This document shows positions 47,868 to 56,775 of a stretch of DNA of 64,000 nucleotides, piece by piece. Under the pieces are notes generated by a model that was not told where the DNA came from, ran no database searches, and saw only the letters and a list, made by a program, of their open reading frames with translations. The DNA lies in assembly GCA_039989915.1 (NCBI GenBank), contig JBDXGW010000001.1, positions 193,527 to 257,526 of the forward strand. The letters are read 5' to 3'. The stretch's first letter is position 1; each line of letters begins with the position of its first letter. Origin of the DNA: Gillisia sp. (GTDB lineage: Bacteria > Bacteroidota > Bacteroidia > Flavobacteriales > Flavobacteriaceae). Made by a program: the position numbers and the translations under genes.

Positions 47868-50513
47868 ATGAGTGAGGTAGGAGACAAGCAAAATGAAAAA
47901 ATTACAGACAATAGATCGGTTAATAATTTTGCGCAAACTATAGTTAATATTGTTAGGGAGCCCCTTGTAATTCTTGATGAAGGGCTTAAAATTTTGGGAT
48001 GGAATAAAAACTTCTCCAGGGAATTCAACTTGGATGAAACCCATTTTAAAGATCTTTCGTTTTTTGAATTTAATAATGGCCGGTTTGATGTAGAGGAGTT
48101 GCGACGGGTGTTGGTAGATATTATTAAATCCGGGAAACCGGTGAAAAATTTAAACATAAATATTTTCACTGAAATTACCGTAAAAAGGCCATTCCGTATT
48201 AATGCCAGTAAGCTGGAAACTCCGGCCGGCGATAATGTGATCCTGCTTTCCTTTAAAAAGCAAAAAGCGGCCTCTCCTCTTGCAAAAAAGGAAAAGAAAT
48301 TCCTGAGAATTTTTAATGATATCCTGTCCCAGGCACCTGCATACATTTGTACTCTAAGGGGTCCCCAACATGTGTTTGAAGTTGCCAATGAGAATTATAT
48401 GCAGTTGGTAGGAAGTCGCGAAATTGTGGGAAAAACGGTAAAAGAAGTACTGCCGGAAGTGGCTGGCCAGGGCTTTATCGATTTACTTGATAAGGTATAT
48501 ACTACAGGAGAACCCTTTATAGGCAATGAAATTCCTATTAATCTTATAACCGGGAGCGGGGAATTGAAAAATTCCTTTTTAAACTTTGTGTACCAACCCA
48601 CCAAAAATGCCAATGGAGAAGTGGAAGGCATCTTTGTTCATGCCATAAATGTCACAGAGCAGGTAGAAGCCAGAAAACTGCTTGAAAATAGTGAAGAACG
48701 ACTTCAAAACCTCATTGATACGGTGCCTGCAATCATATGGATCACCAACGAAAAAGGTGAAAGCGTTTATTTAAATGATAACTGGTACCGGTATACCGGC
48801 CAGGCTGCCAGGGAAGCTGAAGGTTTTGGTTGGTTAAAAGCTACGCATCCCGAGGATATGGAAATGGCAGAAAAAGCTTTTCTCACGGCTGTTAAAGATC
48901 AAAACGCTTATAGTGTTTCTTTTAGATTGAAGGACAAAAACGATAATTACCGTTGGGTAATTGACAGAGGAAGTCCAAAATATAATGCACAGGGAGAATT
49001 TGAAGGAATGGTAGGTACGGTAATGGATGTTCATGAGGAAAAACTGAAAGAACAACTGGTAAGGGAGAGTGAACACCGTATAAGAAATATTGTTCAGGAG
49101 GCTACTGTAGCTACAGGGATCTATGTGGGTAAGGAAATGAAAATTGAACTTGCCAATGAAGCTATGATCAAATTGTGGGGCAAGAATGAGGAAGTAATTG
49201 GGAAGACCATTAGGGAAGCACTACCGGAACTGGAAGGGCAGCCATTCCATGATTTATTGGAAGAAGTTTATTTAACGGGCAAAACCTACTGGGGTAAAGA
49301 AGATAAAGTAGACCTGGAGATCAATGGACGCATGCAAACCGGATATTATAATTTCACCTATAAACCCCTTCGGAATGAAAATGGGGAAATTTATGGGATC
49401 CTGAATATGGCGGTAGATGTAACCGAGTTGGTACGATCTAAAATGCAGGTGAAAGAGAGTGAAATGCACTTCCGGCAAATGGCAGATCTTATGCCCATTA
49501 AAGTCACTAATGCCGATGCTGCCGGAAATTTTATTTATTTTAATCAGGATTGGCTGGACTATACAGGTCTCAATTTTGAGGAATTAAAGCAAAAGGGCTG
49601 GATAGAGCTTATTCATCCTGCTGAAAGGGAATACTTCCGGGAAAGGTGGCAGGCTTCAATGGACTCAGGCGAAGCTTTTGAAATGGAACTGCGTTGTATA
49701 AATAAGAATGGCAAGTACAAATGGCATTTAAGCAGAGCCGAAGCCGTTAAGAATGAAGATGGTACTATCAAAATGTGGATAGGGACCAATACCGAGATCC
49801 AGAAACTTAAGGAAGAAGAAAAACGAAAGGGCGATTTCCTTAAAATGGTAAGCCATGAGTTGAAAACACCTGTAACTTCTATCAAAGGCTATGTGCAGTT
49901 ATTGCTAAGTTTGCTTAAACGGGATAATGTAGTTGTAGAGGGCCTTCCGCTGGAACCTTCCCTCCAAAGAATTGACCATCAAATAAAAAGATTAACAAGG
50001 TTAATTTCTGAAATGCTGGACCTTTCCCGCATTGAAGAAAACAAACTGGAACTTAAAAAAGAAATTTTTTCCATTAATGATCTGGTAAATGATACCGTGC
50101 AGGATATCATTTATACCAATACCCAACATAAAATTGAGATTCAGCAGGATTATAAATGCAATGTCCTGGCAGATAAGGACCGTATTGGGCAGGTGCTTAT
50201 AAATTTTATTACCAATGCCATCAAGTACTCACCAGATAGCCGTGATATTGTGGTGAAAGTTCAAAAGCATAAAAATAATCAGGTAGCCGTAGTTGTAAAG
50301 GATAAGGGGATAGGAATAGATAAAAAGAACCACCGGAATATTTTCAAGCGCTTTTACCGCATTGGAGGTAAAGGTGAAGATACATATTCAGGGTTTGGAA
50401 TTGGACTGTATCTGGCCAATGAGATAATTCAACGACATAACGGAACCATAACTGTAAAAAGCAAAAAGGGGAAGGGCTCTGATTTTTGTTTTGTTTTATC
50501 AACAGCCCAGTAA
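47868..50513 (+). CDS. Cytoplasmic multi-PAS sensor histidine kinase
   Basis: No TM segments and several PAS/PAC units. H-box MVSHELKTPVTS, N-box FITNAIKYS, and G-boxes DKGIGI and GFGIGLYL. Confidence 0.9.
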   Translation: MSEVGDKQNEKITDNRSVNNFAQTIVNIVREPLVILDEGLKILGWNKNFSREFNLDETHFKDLSFFEFNNGRFDVEELRRVLVDIIKSGKPVKNLNINIFTEITVKRPFRINASKLETPAGDNVILLSFKKQKAASPLAKKEKKFLRIFNDILSQAPAYICTLRGPQHVFEVANENYMQLVGSREIVGKTVKEVLPEVAGQGFIDLLDKVYTTGEPFIGNEIPINLITGSGELKNSFLNFVYQPTKNANGEVEGIFVHAINVTEQVEARKLLENSEERLQNLIDTVPAIIWITNEKGESVYLNDNWYRYTGQAAREAEGFGWLKATHPEDMEMAEKAFLTAVKDQNAYSVSFRLKDKNDNYRWVIDRGSPKYNAQGEFEGMVGTVMDVHEEKLKEQLVRESEHRIRNIVQEATVATGIYVGKEMKIELANEAMIKLWGKNEEVIGKTIREALPELEGQPFHDLLEEVYLTGKTYWGKEDKVDLEINGRMQTGYYNFTYKPLRNENGEIYGILNMAVDVTELVRSKMQVKESEMHFRQMADLMPIKVTNADAAGNFIYFNQDWLDYTGLNFEELKQKGWIELIHPAEREYFRERWQASMDSGEAFEMELRCINKNGKYKWHLSRAEAVKNEDGTIKMWIGTNTEIQKLKEEEKRKGDFLKMVSHELKTPVTSIKGYVQLLLSLLKRDNVVVEGLPLEPSLQRIDHQIKRLTRLISEMLDLSRIEENKLELKKEIFSINDLVNDTVQDIIYTNTQHKIEIQQDYKCNVLADKDRIGQVLINFITNAIKYSPDSRDIVVKVQKHKNNQVAVVVKDKGIGIDKKNHRNIFKRFYRIGGKGEDTYSGFGIGLYLANEIIQRHNGTITVKSKKGKGSDFCFVLSTAQ

Positions 50514-50522
50514 AATAAAGAA

Positions 50523-50906
50523 ATGACAAATAGCAAGAAAATATTGGTAGTAGATGATGATTCCGGGATTGGGGAGATGCTAAAGACCCTACTGGAATTT
50601 TATGGATATCAGGTCGAAGTGACTGAAAAACCTTATGAAACCGAGCAATTAATCCTGGATAAAAATATTGATCTGGTTCTTCTGGACATGTTGATCTCGG
50701 GCGTGAATGGCACCGATGTTTGTACCGCGATAAGGGAAAATGAGGCTACTGCCAACACCCCGGTAATTATGATGTCTGCCTTACACGATGCAGGACCAAA
50801 ATGCAAAAAAGCAGGAGCAAATGATTTTATAGCAAAACCTTTTGAAATGGAATTGCTTATAGGAAAGATCAATGGTGTATTTCCCGGGGAAGATCTACCT
50901 CAATAA
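50523..50906 (+). CDS. Stand-alone response-regulator receiver domain
   Basis: VVDDD acidic pocket, phospho-acceptor D in LVLLDMLISG, conserved K in IAKPF. No output domain. Confidence 0.9.
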   Translation: MTNSKKILVVDDDSGIGEMLKTLLEFYGYQVEVTEKPYETEQLILDKNIDLVLLDMLISGVNGTDVCTAIRENEATANTPVIMMSALHDAGPKCKKAGANDFIAKPFEMELLIGKINGVFPGEDLPQ

Positions 50907-50936
50907 CATGAATTACAGAGACCCGGATTCTTTTAC

Positions 50937-50972
50937 AAAAACAAACAACCGCCCAGGGCGGTTGTTTGTTTT
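50937..50972. terminator. Bidirectional hairpin terminator
   Basis: aaaacaaacaaccgcc-cag-ggcggttgtttgtttt, a near-perfect stem of about 16 bp. Confidence 0.85.
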
Positions 50973-50991
50973 AAAAGGAAATAACAGAGAC

Positions 50992-51237
50992 TTAATTTAG
51001 GTCATTATTTACTTCTTCACCATTCACATCATCTGTATTGTTGATCTCCTCTTTTACTTCTCTCGAAACTTTCTTAGCCCCTTCTTCAATTTTTTTACCG
51101 GCTTTTTTAGTGTTTTCCTCAATGTCTTCACCAATTGCTTCTACAGCTTCCTTGGTTTTTTCCTGAGTGGTTTCACGACAGGAGTAAAATGATGTAGCCA
51201 TCCCGGCAAGCATCAGCATTAAAAATAACTTTTTCAT
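50992..51237 (-). CDS. Small charged lipoprotein, SCRET-family paralog P1 (81 aa)
   Basis: Signal peptide plus lipobox SFYSC followed by RETTQEK. The mature part is K/E-rich with an acidic tail NTDDVNGEEVNNDLN. It has its own terminator. Confidence 0.7.
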   Translation of the reverse strand: MKKLFLMLMLAGMATSFYSCRETTQEKTKEAVEAIGEDIEENTKKAGKKIEEGAKKVSREVKEEINNTDDVNGEEVNNDLN

Positions 51238-51264
51238 ATATAAATATTTATTTGTTTTTTATTG

Positions 51265-51280
51265 GTCATACCTTCCTGCC
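51265..51280. repeat. Fourth copy of the CCTGCC/GGCAGGCAGG hairpin word
   Basis: cctgccggcaggcagg is the same word as at 6638, 6706 and 6857. Confidence 0.6.
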
Positions 51281-51372
51281 GGCAGGCAGGTAAAATTCGC
51301 ATATCCTTCCGGTTTTCCTTCAGGTTTCGCTTATGCTCATTTTATAAATCAGGATTTTGGTTAAAATTAAAA

Positions 51373-51404
51373 AAAGCCATCAAAAAATTAATTAAGATGG
51401 CTTT
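51373..51404 (-). terminator. Terminator of paralog P2
   Basis: aaagccatc...gatggcttt hairpin with flanking A/T runs. Confidence 0.6.
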
Positions 51405-51426
51405 CTAAAAAGATTAGTAATGAAGA

Positions 51427-51642
51427 CTATTGCATGTCGTCATCAGCATTCATATCGTCAGTTCCGTCAATTTCTTCCTGAACTTCAGTTTCTGCTTCTT
51501 CGTAAGTTTCTTCAGTAGTAGTTTCGATGTCGTTTCCTACTTCTTCGAAAGCATCTTCAGTTTTTTCTTCAGTAGTCTCTCTACAAGAGTAGATAGATAA
51601 TGTGAAAACTGAAGCTAATAAAATAAGGGATAATTTTTTCAT
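51427..51642 (-). CDS. Small highly acidic lipoprotein, SCRET-family paralog P2 (71 aa)
   Basis: Lipobox SIYSC followed by RETTEEK. By hand count the mature 51 aa hold 23 D/E and only 2 basic residues. Confidence 0.7.
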   Translation of the reverse strand: MKKLSLILLASVFTLSIYSCRETTEEKTEDAFEEVGNDIETTTEETYEEAETEVQEEIDGTDDMNADDDMQ

Positions 51643-51670
51643 CTTAAAAATGTTTAATTAGTTGAAGACG

Positions 51671-51678
51671 CAAATTTA
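51671..51678 (-). promoter_or_regulatory. Candidate -7 box (TAAATTTG on the minus strand) for paralog P2
   Basis: TAnnTTTG match 29 nt upstream of the P2 ATG, in the 45-nt gap after the DUF4130 gene. Confidence 0.35.
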
Positions 51679-51687
51679 AACTATTTT

Positions 51688-52470
51688 TTAATTATGCAAA
51701 GAACTCTTTTCAGTTAAATATTTCCAGTATCTTTTTGGCACATGTTGCTTGTGTAATTTCAGGTTTTTACGAGATTTAATATTTGTGCTTTTAAAATATT
51801 GTTGCCATAATTCCTTAAATTGAATCTCGGACACACTATAAATGCTGGATTGATAGTTTTTTTCAAAAACCCGTGTAGCAATATCCAGACTTATATAATT
51901 GGTTTCCTGCAGGTTATAAAACAACCCGAATTTTCGCTTCAAATCATAAATTATCCACTTTTGGTCAGCATACCGGCTTTCAAAATGCGGCAAAATAAGC
52001 GGGAGAACGTTAAAGTCGGGTTCAATATGAGCAAAGTAGATTTCATCTTTGGTAAGCATGAATCTCACAAATGCCTCCATCCTGTGTTTTTCCCTGCTCA
52101 CCATTTTTGAGGTTTGAGAAATCCTCAGAATTACAGGGTTCCCATAATCTCCTGTACTAAAATTATTAGTGTTAAAAACTAATTGTATGTACTGTAGTAA
52201 CTGGAGTTCTATACCCGGCAATTCGCTTAAAAAAGAAAAATATAATTGCCGCCTGCCACCACTGTCCAATTTGGTCTTCAGGGCTTGCTTTACCCGGGAA
52301 GCTTTTTTGAGATCTGTAATAACAGGCTCGGGGAGGGAGAAAAAATCCTGCTGAATATTGTCCTCTGTATAAATTGCAGTCACGTTAAGTTTCTGTTCGA
52401 ATGTTTGGAATACACAGGTTAAAAACCCTTCAAAGCTGCCATCATAGGCCAATATACTGTCTTTTTTCAT
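51688..52470 (-). CDS. TIGR03915/DUF4130-like putative DNA-metabolism protein (partner of the radical-SAM protein)
   Basis: N-terminus ILAYDGSFEGFLTCVF matches the family pattern. Its ATG overlaps the radical-SAM stop (TAATG). Confidence 0.8.
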   Translation of the reverse strand: MKKDSILAYDGSFEGFLTCVFQTFEQKLNVTAIYTEDNIQQDFFSLPEPVITDLKKASRVKQALKTKLDSGGRRQLYFSFLSELPGIELQLLQYIQLVFNTNNFSTGDYGNPVILRISQTSKMVSREKHRMEAFVRFMLTKDEIYFAHIEPDFNVLPLILPHFESRYADQKWIIYDLKRKFGLFYNLQETNYISLDIATRVFEKNYQSSIYSVSEIQFKELWQQYFKSTNIKSRKNLKLHKQHVPKRYWKYLTEKSSLHN

Positions 52471-53732
52471 TAGCTAAAGAGCATTAACTGGGTTCCATGG
52501 TCTTTTCGAAACTTTCCGCTCGAGTTCTGTAGGATCATTCCTTTAAGTCGCTCGCTGGAAAGTTCTCTTTTTTCCCAATGCGAGGAATCACAGGTTATAA
52601 AGTATTTTGCACGGTTAAGTGCCACCCCAATTTTCGCAAGGTGTTCCCAGTTGAGTTTTCTAAATCTTCTTGCCTGAATGATCTTGTGAACCGATTTCAT
52701 TCCTATTCCGGGAATTCTTGCCAGCAACCTTTTCTCGGCCCGGTTTATATCCAACGGGAAGAGATCCCTGTTGCGCAAAGCCCAGCTAAGTTTTGGATCT
52801 ACATCCAGGTCAAGGTTTGGATGCTGCTCATTTAATAGCTCCCTGATGTCAAAGCCGTAAAAACGCAGCAGCCAGTCTGTTTGATACAGGCGGTTTTCCC
52901 TGAGTAGTGGTACAGGGCTTCCCAGGGCCGGAAGTCGGGAATCATCTACCACGGGAATATATCCCGAATAATACACCCTTTTCATTTCGTATTTTTTATA
53001 GTAATAAGCGGCAGAGTACATTACATCCCGGTCGGTCTCGCCGGTGGCACCCACGATCATTTGTGTGCTTTGCCCTGCCGGTGCATATTTGGGAGTGCTC
53101 TTTATTATTTTTCGCTCGCTTTGATATTGGGTGATCCCTTCTTTCACCGCCTGCATAGGTTTTATGAAATCCTCATACTTCTTATCGGGCGCGAGGAGTT
53201 TTAATCCTGAAATGGTAGGGATCTCAATATTTACTGAAAGCCTGTCTGCATACAAACCCGCCTCCAGCATGAGTTCGTCGCTGGCCCCGGGAATTGATTT
53301 TAAATGAATATATCCGTTGAAGTTTTCTTCCAGCCTTAGCTTTTTGGCCACTGCCACCAGGCGTTCCATGGTGTGATCTGCACTTTTGAAGATCCCGGAG
53401 CTTAGGAACAATCCTTCTATATAATTACGCCGGTAAAAATTCATGGTGAGATCTACCACTTCCTGCACCTTAAAGGCAGCGCGTTTTATGTCATTGCTTT
53501 TTCGGGTCACACAATAGGCGCAATCAAAAATGCAGTGATTGGTAAGCAGGATCTTTAACAGGGAGACACATCTTCCATCTTCGGTATAGCTGTGGCATAT
53601 GCCTACACCATCGCTATTGCCCAGGCCTTTGTTCTTATTGGCTCTTTTGCTGCCGCTGCTGGAGCAGGAGATATCATACTTTGCAGCATCGGCCAAAATA
53701 TCCAGTTTTTCCTTTATTCGTTCAAATGACAT
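52470..53732 (-). CDS. TIGR03916-like putative DNA modification/repair radical-SAM protein
   Basis: N-terminal AAKYDISCSSSG block. CxxxCxxC cluster motif CIFDCAYC. C-terminal helix-hairpin-helix LLARIPGIGMKSVHKII. The start overlaps the dnaE2 3' end by 11 nt. Confidence 0.85.
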   Translation of the reverse strand: MSFERIKEKLDILADAAKYDISCSSSGSKRANKNKGLGNSDGVGICHSYTEDGRCVSLLKILLTNHCIFDCAYCVTRKSNDIKRAAFKVQEVVDLTMNFYRRNYIEGLFLSSGIFKSADHTMERLVAVAKKLRLEENFNGYIHLKSIPGASDELMLEAGLYADRLSVNIEIPTISGLKLLAPDKKYEDFIKPMQAVKEGITQYQSERKIIKSTPKYAPAGQSTQMIVGATGETDRDVMYSAAYYYKKYEMKRVYYSGYIPVVDDSRLPALGSPVPLLRENRLYQTDWLLRFYGFDIRELLNEQHPNLDLDVDPKLSWALRNRDLFPLDINRAEKRLLARIPGIGMKSVHKIIQARRFRKLNWEHLAKIGVALNRAKYFITCDSSHWEKRELSSERLKGMILQNSSGKFRKDHGTQLMLFS

Positions 53733-56700
53733 GTGGGTCTTGATTTTCTGTTCTTATTTCTTTTCGTTCCCCTATTTTTTTGATCTTTTCCAGTCTTTGC
53801 GCGGTAACAGGGTTCTCTTCTGAAAAACGGGGGTCTGTGATATATGCTTCCTTGCGCATTTTGTGTACTTCAAGGCTCAATACTTCAAATTCCTCACTTA
53901 CTTTCCCATAGAGGGCATATATTCCCAGGCCGTGAAAACTGTATTGTTGTGCCACGGGCGGGAAAAGTACCGCGTCAAAGAAATATCCCGCACGGTCCAG
54001 GAACGTTCCAAAATACATTACCTCCCCTTTAAAGGTTTTAGTGTATTTTATTGTTACCAGGTAGCCGTAGATAAGGATATTCCTGTTGATGAAAGCTTTA
54101 AAATCCTTTTCGCAATAGCGGGTCCTGGGTTCTTCCTTCAGTAGATCAAAATGGCTGCACAGGGGAAATCCCAGCAATTCAATTTGTTCAAAGGCAGCTT
54201 CCAGCCGGGTGGTGTGAAGATCGGGCAGGGAAAACTTTTTGTGCGTTGGCATGAACAGGGGCAGTTGCTCGGGTTTTCGGGGCGTTTTAGAAAGCTTGAA
54301 ATGGGCGTCCCACAACAGTTTGAATTTATCTATCCCCGTAAACCTAAAGGCATTGATCCTTATAAGAATGCTCAATTGTTCAATTCCAATGGATACCCGG
54401 TCTATGAAATTTTCAAAAGAGGTGAACTTTCCGTGAAAATTCCTGTTTTCAATAATTCGCTGTGCTGCCCGTTGCTCGAGTTCCTTTAAATTTCCAAATC
54501 CCAGATACAGGTGTTTCCCTTTGATGGTGTTATGAAAATCGCCCTCATTAATACAGGGCGGTTCTATAATGGCACCACACATTTTTGCCTCGTGCACATA
54601 AAGTTCGGGGGTATAGAATCCGCCACCGTTATTAAGCACGGCAACCATATATTCCAGGGGGAAATAAGTTTTGAGAAAGAGGCTCTGGTAACTCTCGGCC
54701 GCATAACTGGCAGAGTGGCCTTTTGCAAAGGTGTAGCCTGCAAAGCTCTTTATCTGCTCCCATACTTCAAAGATCATTTTCTCTTCAATATTTCTTTCGC
54801 GGCAGTTGGCAATGAATTTTTCCTCCACTTTTAGAAATTCAGCCCGGGAGCGAAATTTCCCGCTCATCCCTCGCCGCAATACATCGGCTTCGGCCAGGCT
54901 AAGTCCCGCAAAGAAATGGGCTACCTTGATCACATCTTCCTGGTACACCATGATCCCATAGGTATCTGGCATGATCTTTTCCAGTTCAGGATGGGCGAGC
55001 TTGCGGCGGGAAGGATCCCGATGGCGCATTATATATTCCCGCATCATTCCGCTTTTGGAAACGCCGGGCCGTATAATAGAACTGGCAGCTACAAGCCCCA
55101 GGTAGGTATCGGTTTTAAGTTTCCTCAACAGGTTTCTCATTCCCGGAGATTCTATATAGAAACATCCCATACAATTCCCTTCTTTGATAAGGTTATTGAT
55201 TTTAGGATCCTTCTTGAATTTCTTCAGGTCATGAATATCAAAAGGGGGTGCCTCGGGTTGATTTTCAGCAATTATGTCCAGGGTGTCCTTGATCTTTCCG
55301 AGTCCGCGTTGGGCAAGAATGTCAAATTTATAGAGCCCCACATCCTCGGCTATGATCATATCAAACTGTACCGTAGGGAAACCTTTGGGCGGCAGGTCCA
55401 GGGCAGAGAAGCAGGTGAGGGGTTTGGAGGAGATAAGAATACCTCCCGCGTGGATGCTGCGGTAATTGGGCATTCCCTCTATGAGTTTGCCGTATTTAAG
55501 CACGGTCCTGTGAATGGCATCCATATAATTCCCCGGCGCGCGGCCTTCACATAATAGATCTATGTCCTCTTTGGGCAATCCAAACACTTTTCCCAACTCG
55601 CGTATTACGGCACGGTATTGAAAGGTGTTATAAGTAGCCAGCAGGGCGGTGTGTTCAAACTCTTCAAAGATGAACCGGGTCATATCCTCGCGATCCTGCC
55701 AGGAGAAATCTATATCAAAGTCGGGCGGACTCGTACGAAACTCGTTTATAAATCGCTCAAAATAAAGGTCAAGTTCTATGGGGTCAACCTCGGTGATCTG
55801 GAGTAAATGAGCTACAATACTGTTGGCACCGCTGCCGCGGCCCACGTAGAAATAGCCTTTCTCCCGGGCATACCCGCAAATACGCCAGTTGATGAGAAAA
55901 TAAGACACAAAATTGAGTTTTTTTATCACCTTTAATTCTGTTGCTACCCGCTCGAGGATCTCTGGAGTTGGGTTGGGATATCTAAGGTTGATGCCTTCCC
56001 GGCAAAGTTCTTCCAGCAGTTTTTCATCTTCTTCCCTGCTGCCTTTGTATACCTGTTGATTCTGCGGTACCCTGGCTGCTGAAAAGTCAAAGTGAATGCT
56101 GCACTGGTCCAGAAGGTTGCGGGTATTATCAAGGATAAATGCAAAATCCCTGAATCTTTCTTCCAGTATTTCCTGCGGAAGCATTTTTTCATCTGTTCCC
56201 GCCTCTTCTTCGGGGGGGAGTTTACTAAGCAGGCAGTTGTTATCTATGGCTCGCAGAAGGCGGTGGGCATTGAAATCGCGTTTGTTCCTCACCGTAACCG
56301 GTTGTAGTACTACCAGCCGGGAGGTCATTTCCCTAAGTTTGGAAAAGCGCAGTTTTCGCAGTTCATTTATAGAAACCCCAATAAATTCATGGGGCAGGAA
56401 CCGGGTGGTTTCTGCAGCCATGATTTTTTCAAACGGGTAGATCACAAAAGCATTTTTAAAGGAGGGCGCTTTTTCAGGGATCATCAGTTTTTCCTGAAGA
56501 TGGCGTGATAAATACGCGTTTATTTCCTCAAAACCTTCATTGTTTTTTGCCAGCGCCACAAATTGTTGCTGTGCCCCGTTGCGAAAGTCAATTCCCAATA
56601 CCGGGGTGATCCCATACTCGGGAGCTTTTCTCACAAAATTCAGGCAGGCCGAGGTGTTGTTAATGTCGGTAAGGGCCAGTTTTTTCACCTGGTTTTCCCG

Positions 56701-56775
56701 CGCCAGTTCCAGCAATTCAATTTCTGAAAAGGTGCCAAAGCGCATGCTGTAATATGTATGGGTGTTCAGGTACAC
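53722..56775 (-). CDS. dnaE2: Error-prone DNA polymerase III alpha-subunit paralog (DnaE2-type)
   Basis: 1017 aa. N-terminal PHP domain (YLNTHTYYSMRFG) and pol III alpha core blocks (HAGGILIS, DFDIDFS, KFDILAQRGL). It sits downstream of a Y-family polymerase and opposite a LexA-like gene. GTG start. Confidence 0.9.
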   Translation of the reverse strand: MYLNTHTYYSMRFGTFSEIELLELARENQVKKLALTDINNTSACLNFVRKAPEYGITPVLGIDFRNGAQQQFVALAKNNEGFEEINAYLSRHLQEKLMIPEKAPSFKNAFVIYPFEKIMAAETTRFLPHEFIGVSINELRKLRFSKLREMTSRLVVLQPVTVRNKRDFNAHRLLRAIDNNCLLSKLPPEEEAGTDEKMLPQEILEERFRDFAFILDNTRNLLDQCSIHFDFSAARVPQNQQVYKGSREEDEKLLEELCREGINLRYPNPTPEILERVATELKVIKKLNFVSYFLINWRICGYAREKGYFYVGRGSGANSIVAHLLQITEVDPIELDLYFERFINEFRTSPPDFDIDFSWQDREDMTRFIFEEFEHTALLATYNTFQYRAVIRELGKVFGLPKEDIDLLCEGRAPGNYMDAIHRTVLKYGKLIEGMPNYRSIHAGGILISSKPLTCFSALDLPPKGFPTVQFDMIIAEDVGLYKFDILAQRGLGKIKDTLDIIAENQPEAPPFDIHDLKKFKKDPKINNLIKEGNCMGCFYIESPGMRNLLRKLKTDTYLGLVAASSIIRPGVSKSGMMREYIMRHRDPSRRKLAHPELEKIMPDTYGIMVYQEDVIKVAHFFAGLSLAEADVLRRGMSGKFRSRAEFLKVEEKFIANCRERNIEEKMIFEVWEQIKSFAGYTFAKGHSASYAAESYQSLFLKTYFPLEYMVAVLNNGGGFYTPELYVHEAKMCGAIIEPPCINEGDFHNTIKGKHLYLGFGNLKELEQRAAQRIIENRNFHGKFTSFENFIDRVSIGIEQLSILIRINAFRFTGIDKFKLLWDAHFKLSKTPRKPEQLPLFMPTHKKFSLPDLHTTRLEAAFEQIELLGFPLCSHFDLLKEEPRTRYCEKDFKAFINRNILIYGYLVTIKYTKTFKGEVMYFGTFLDRAGYFFDAVLFPPVAQQYSFHGLGIYALYGKVSEEFEVLSLEVHKMRKEAYITDPRFSEENPVTAQRLEKIKKIGERKEIRTENQDPHVI

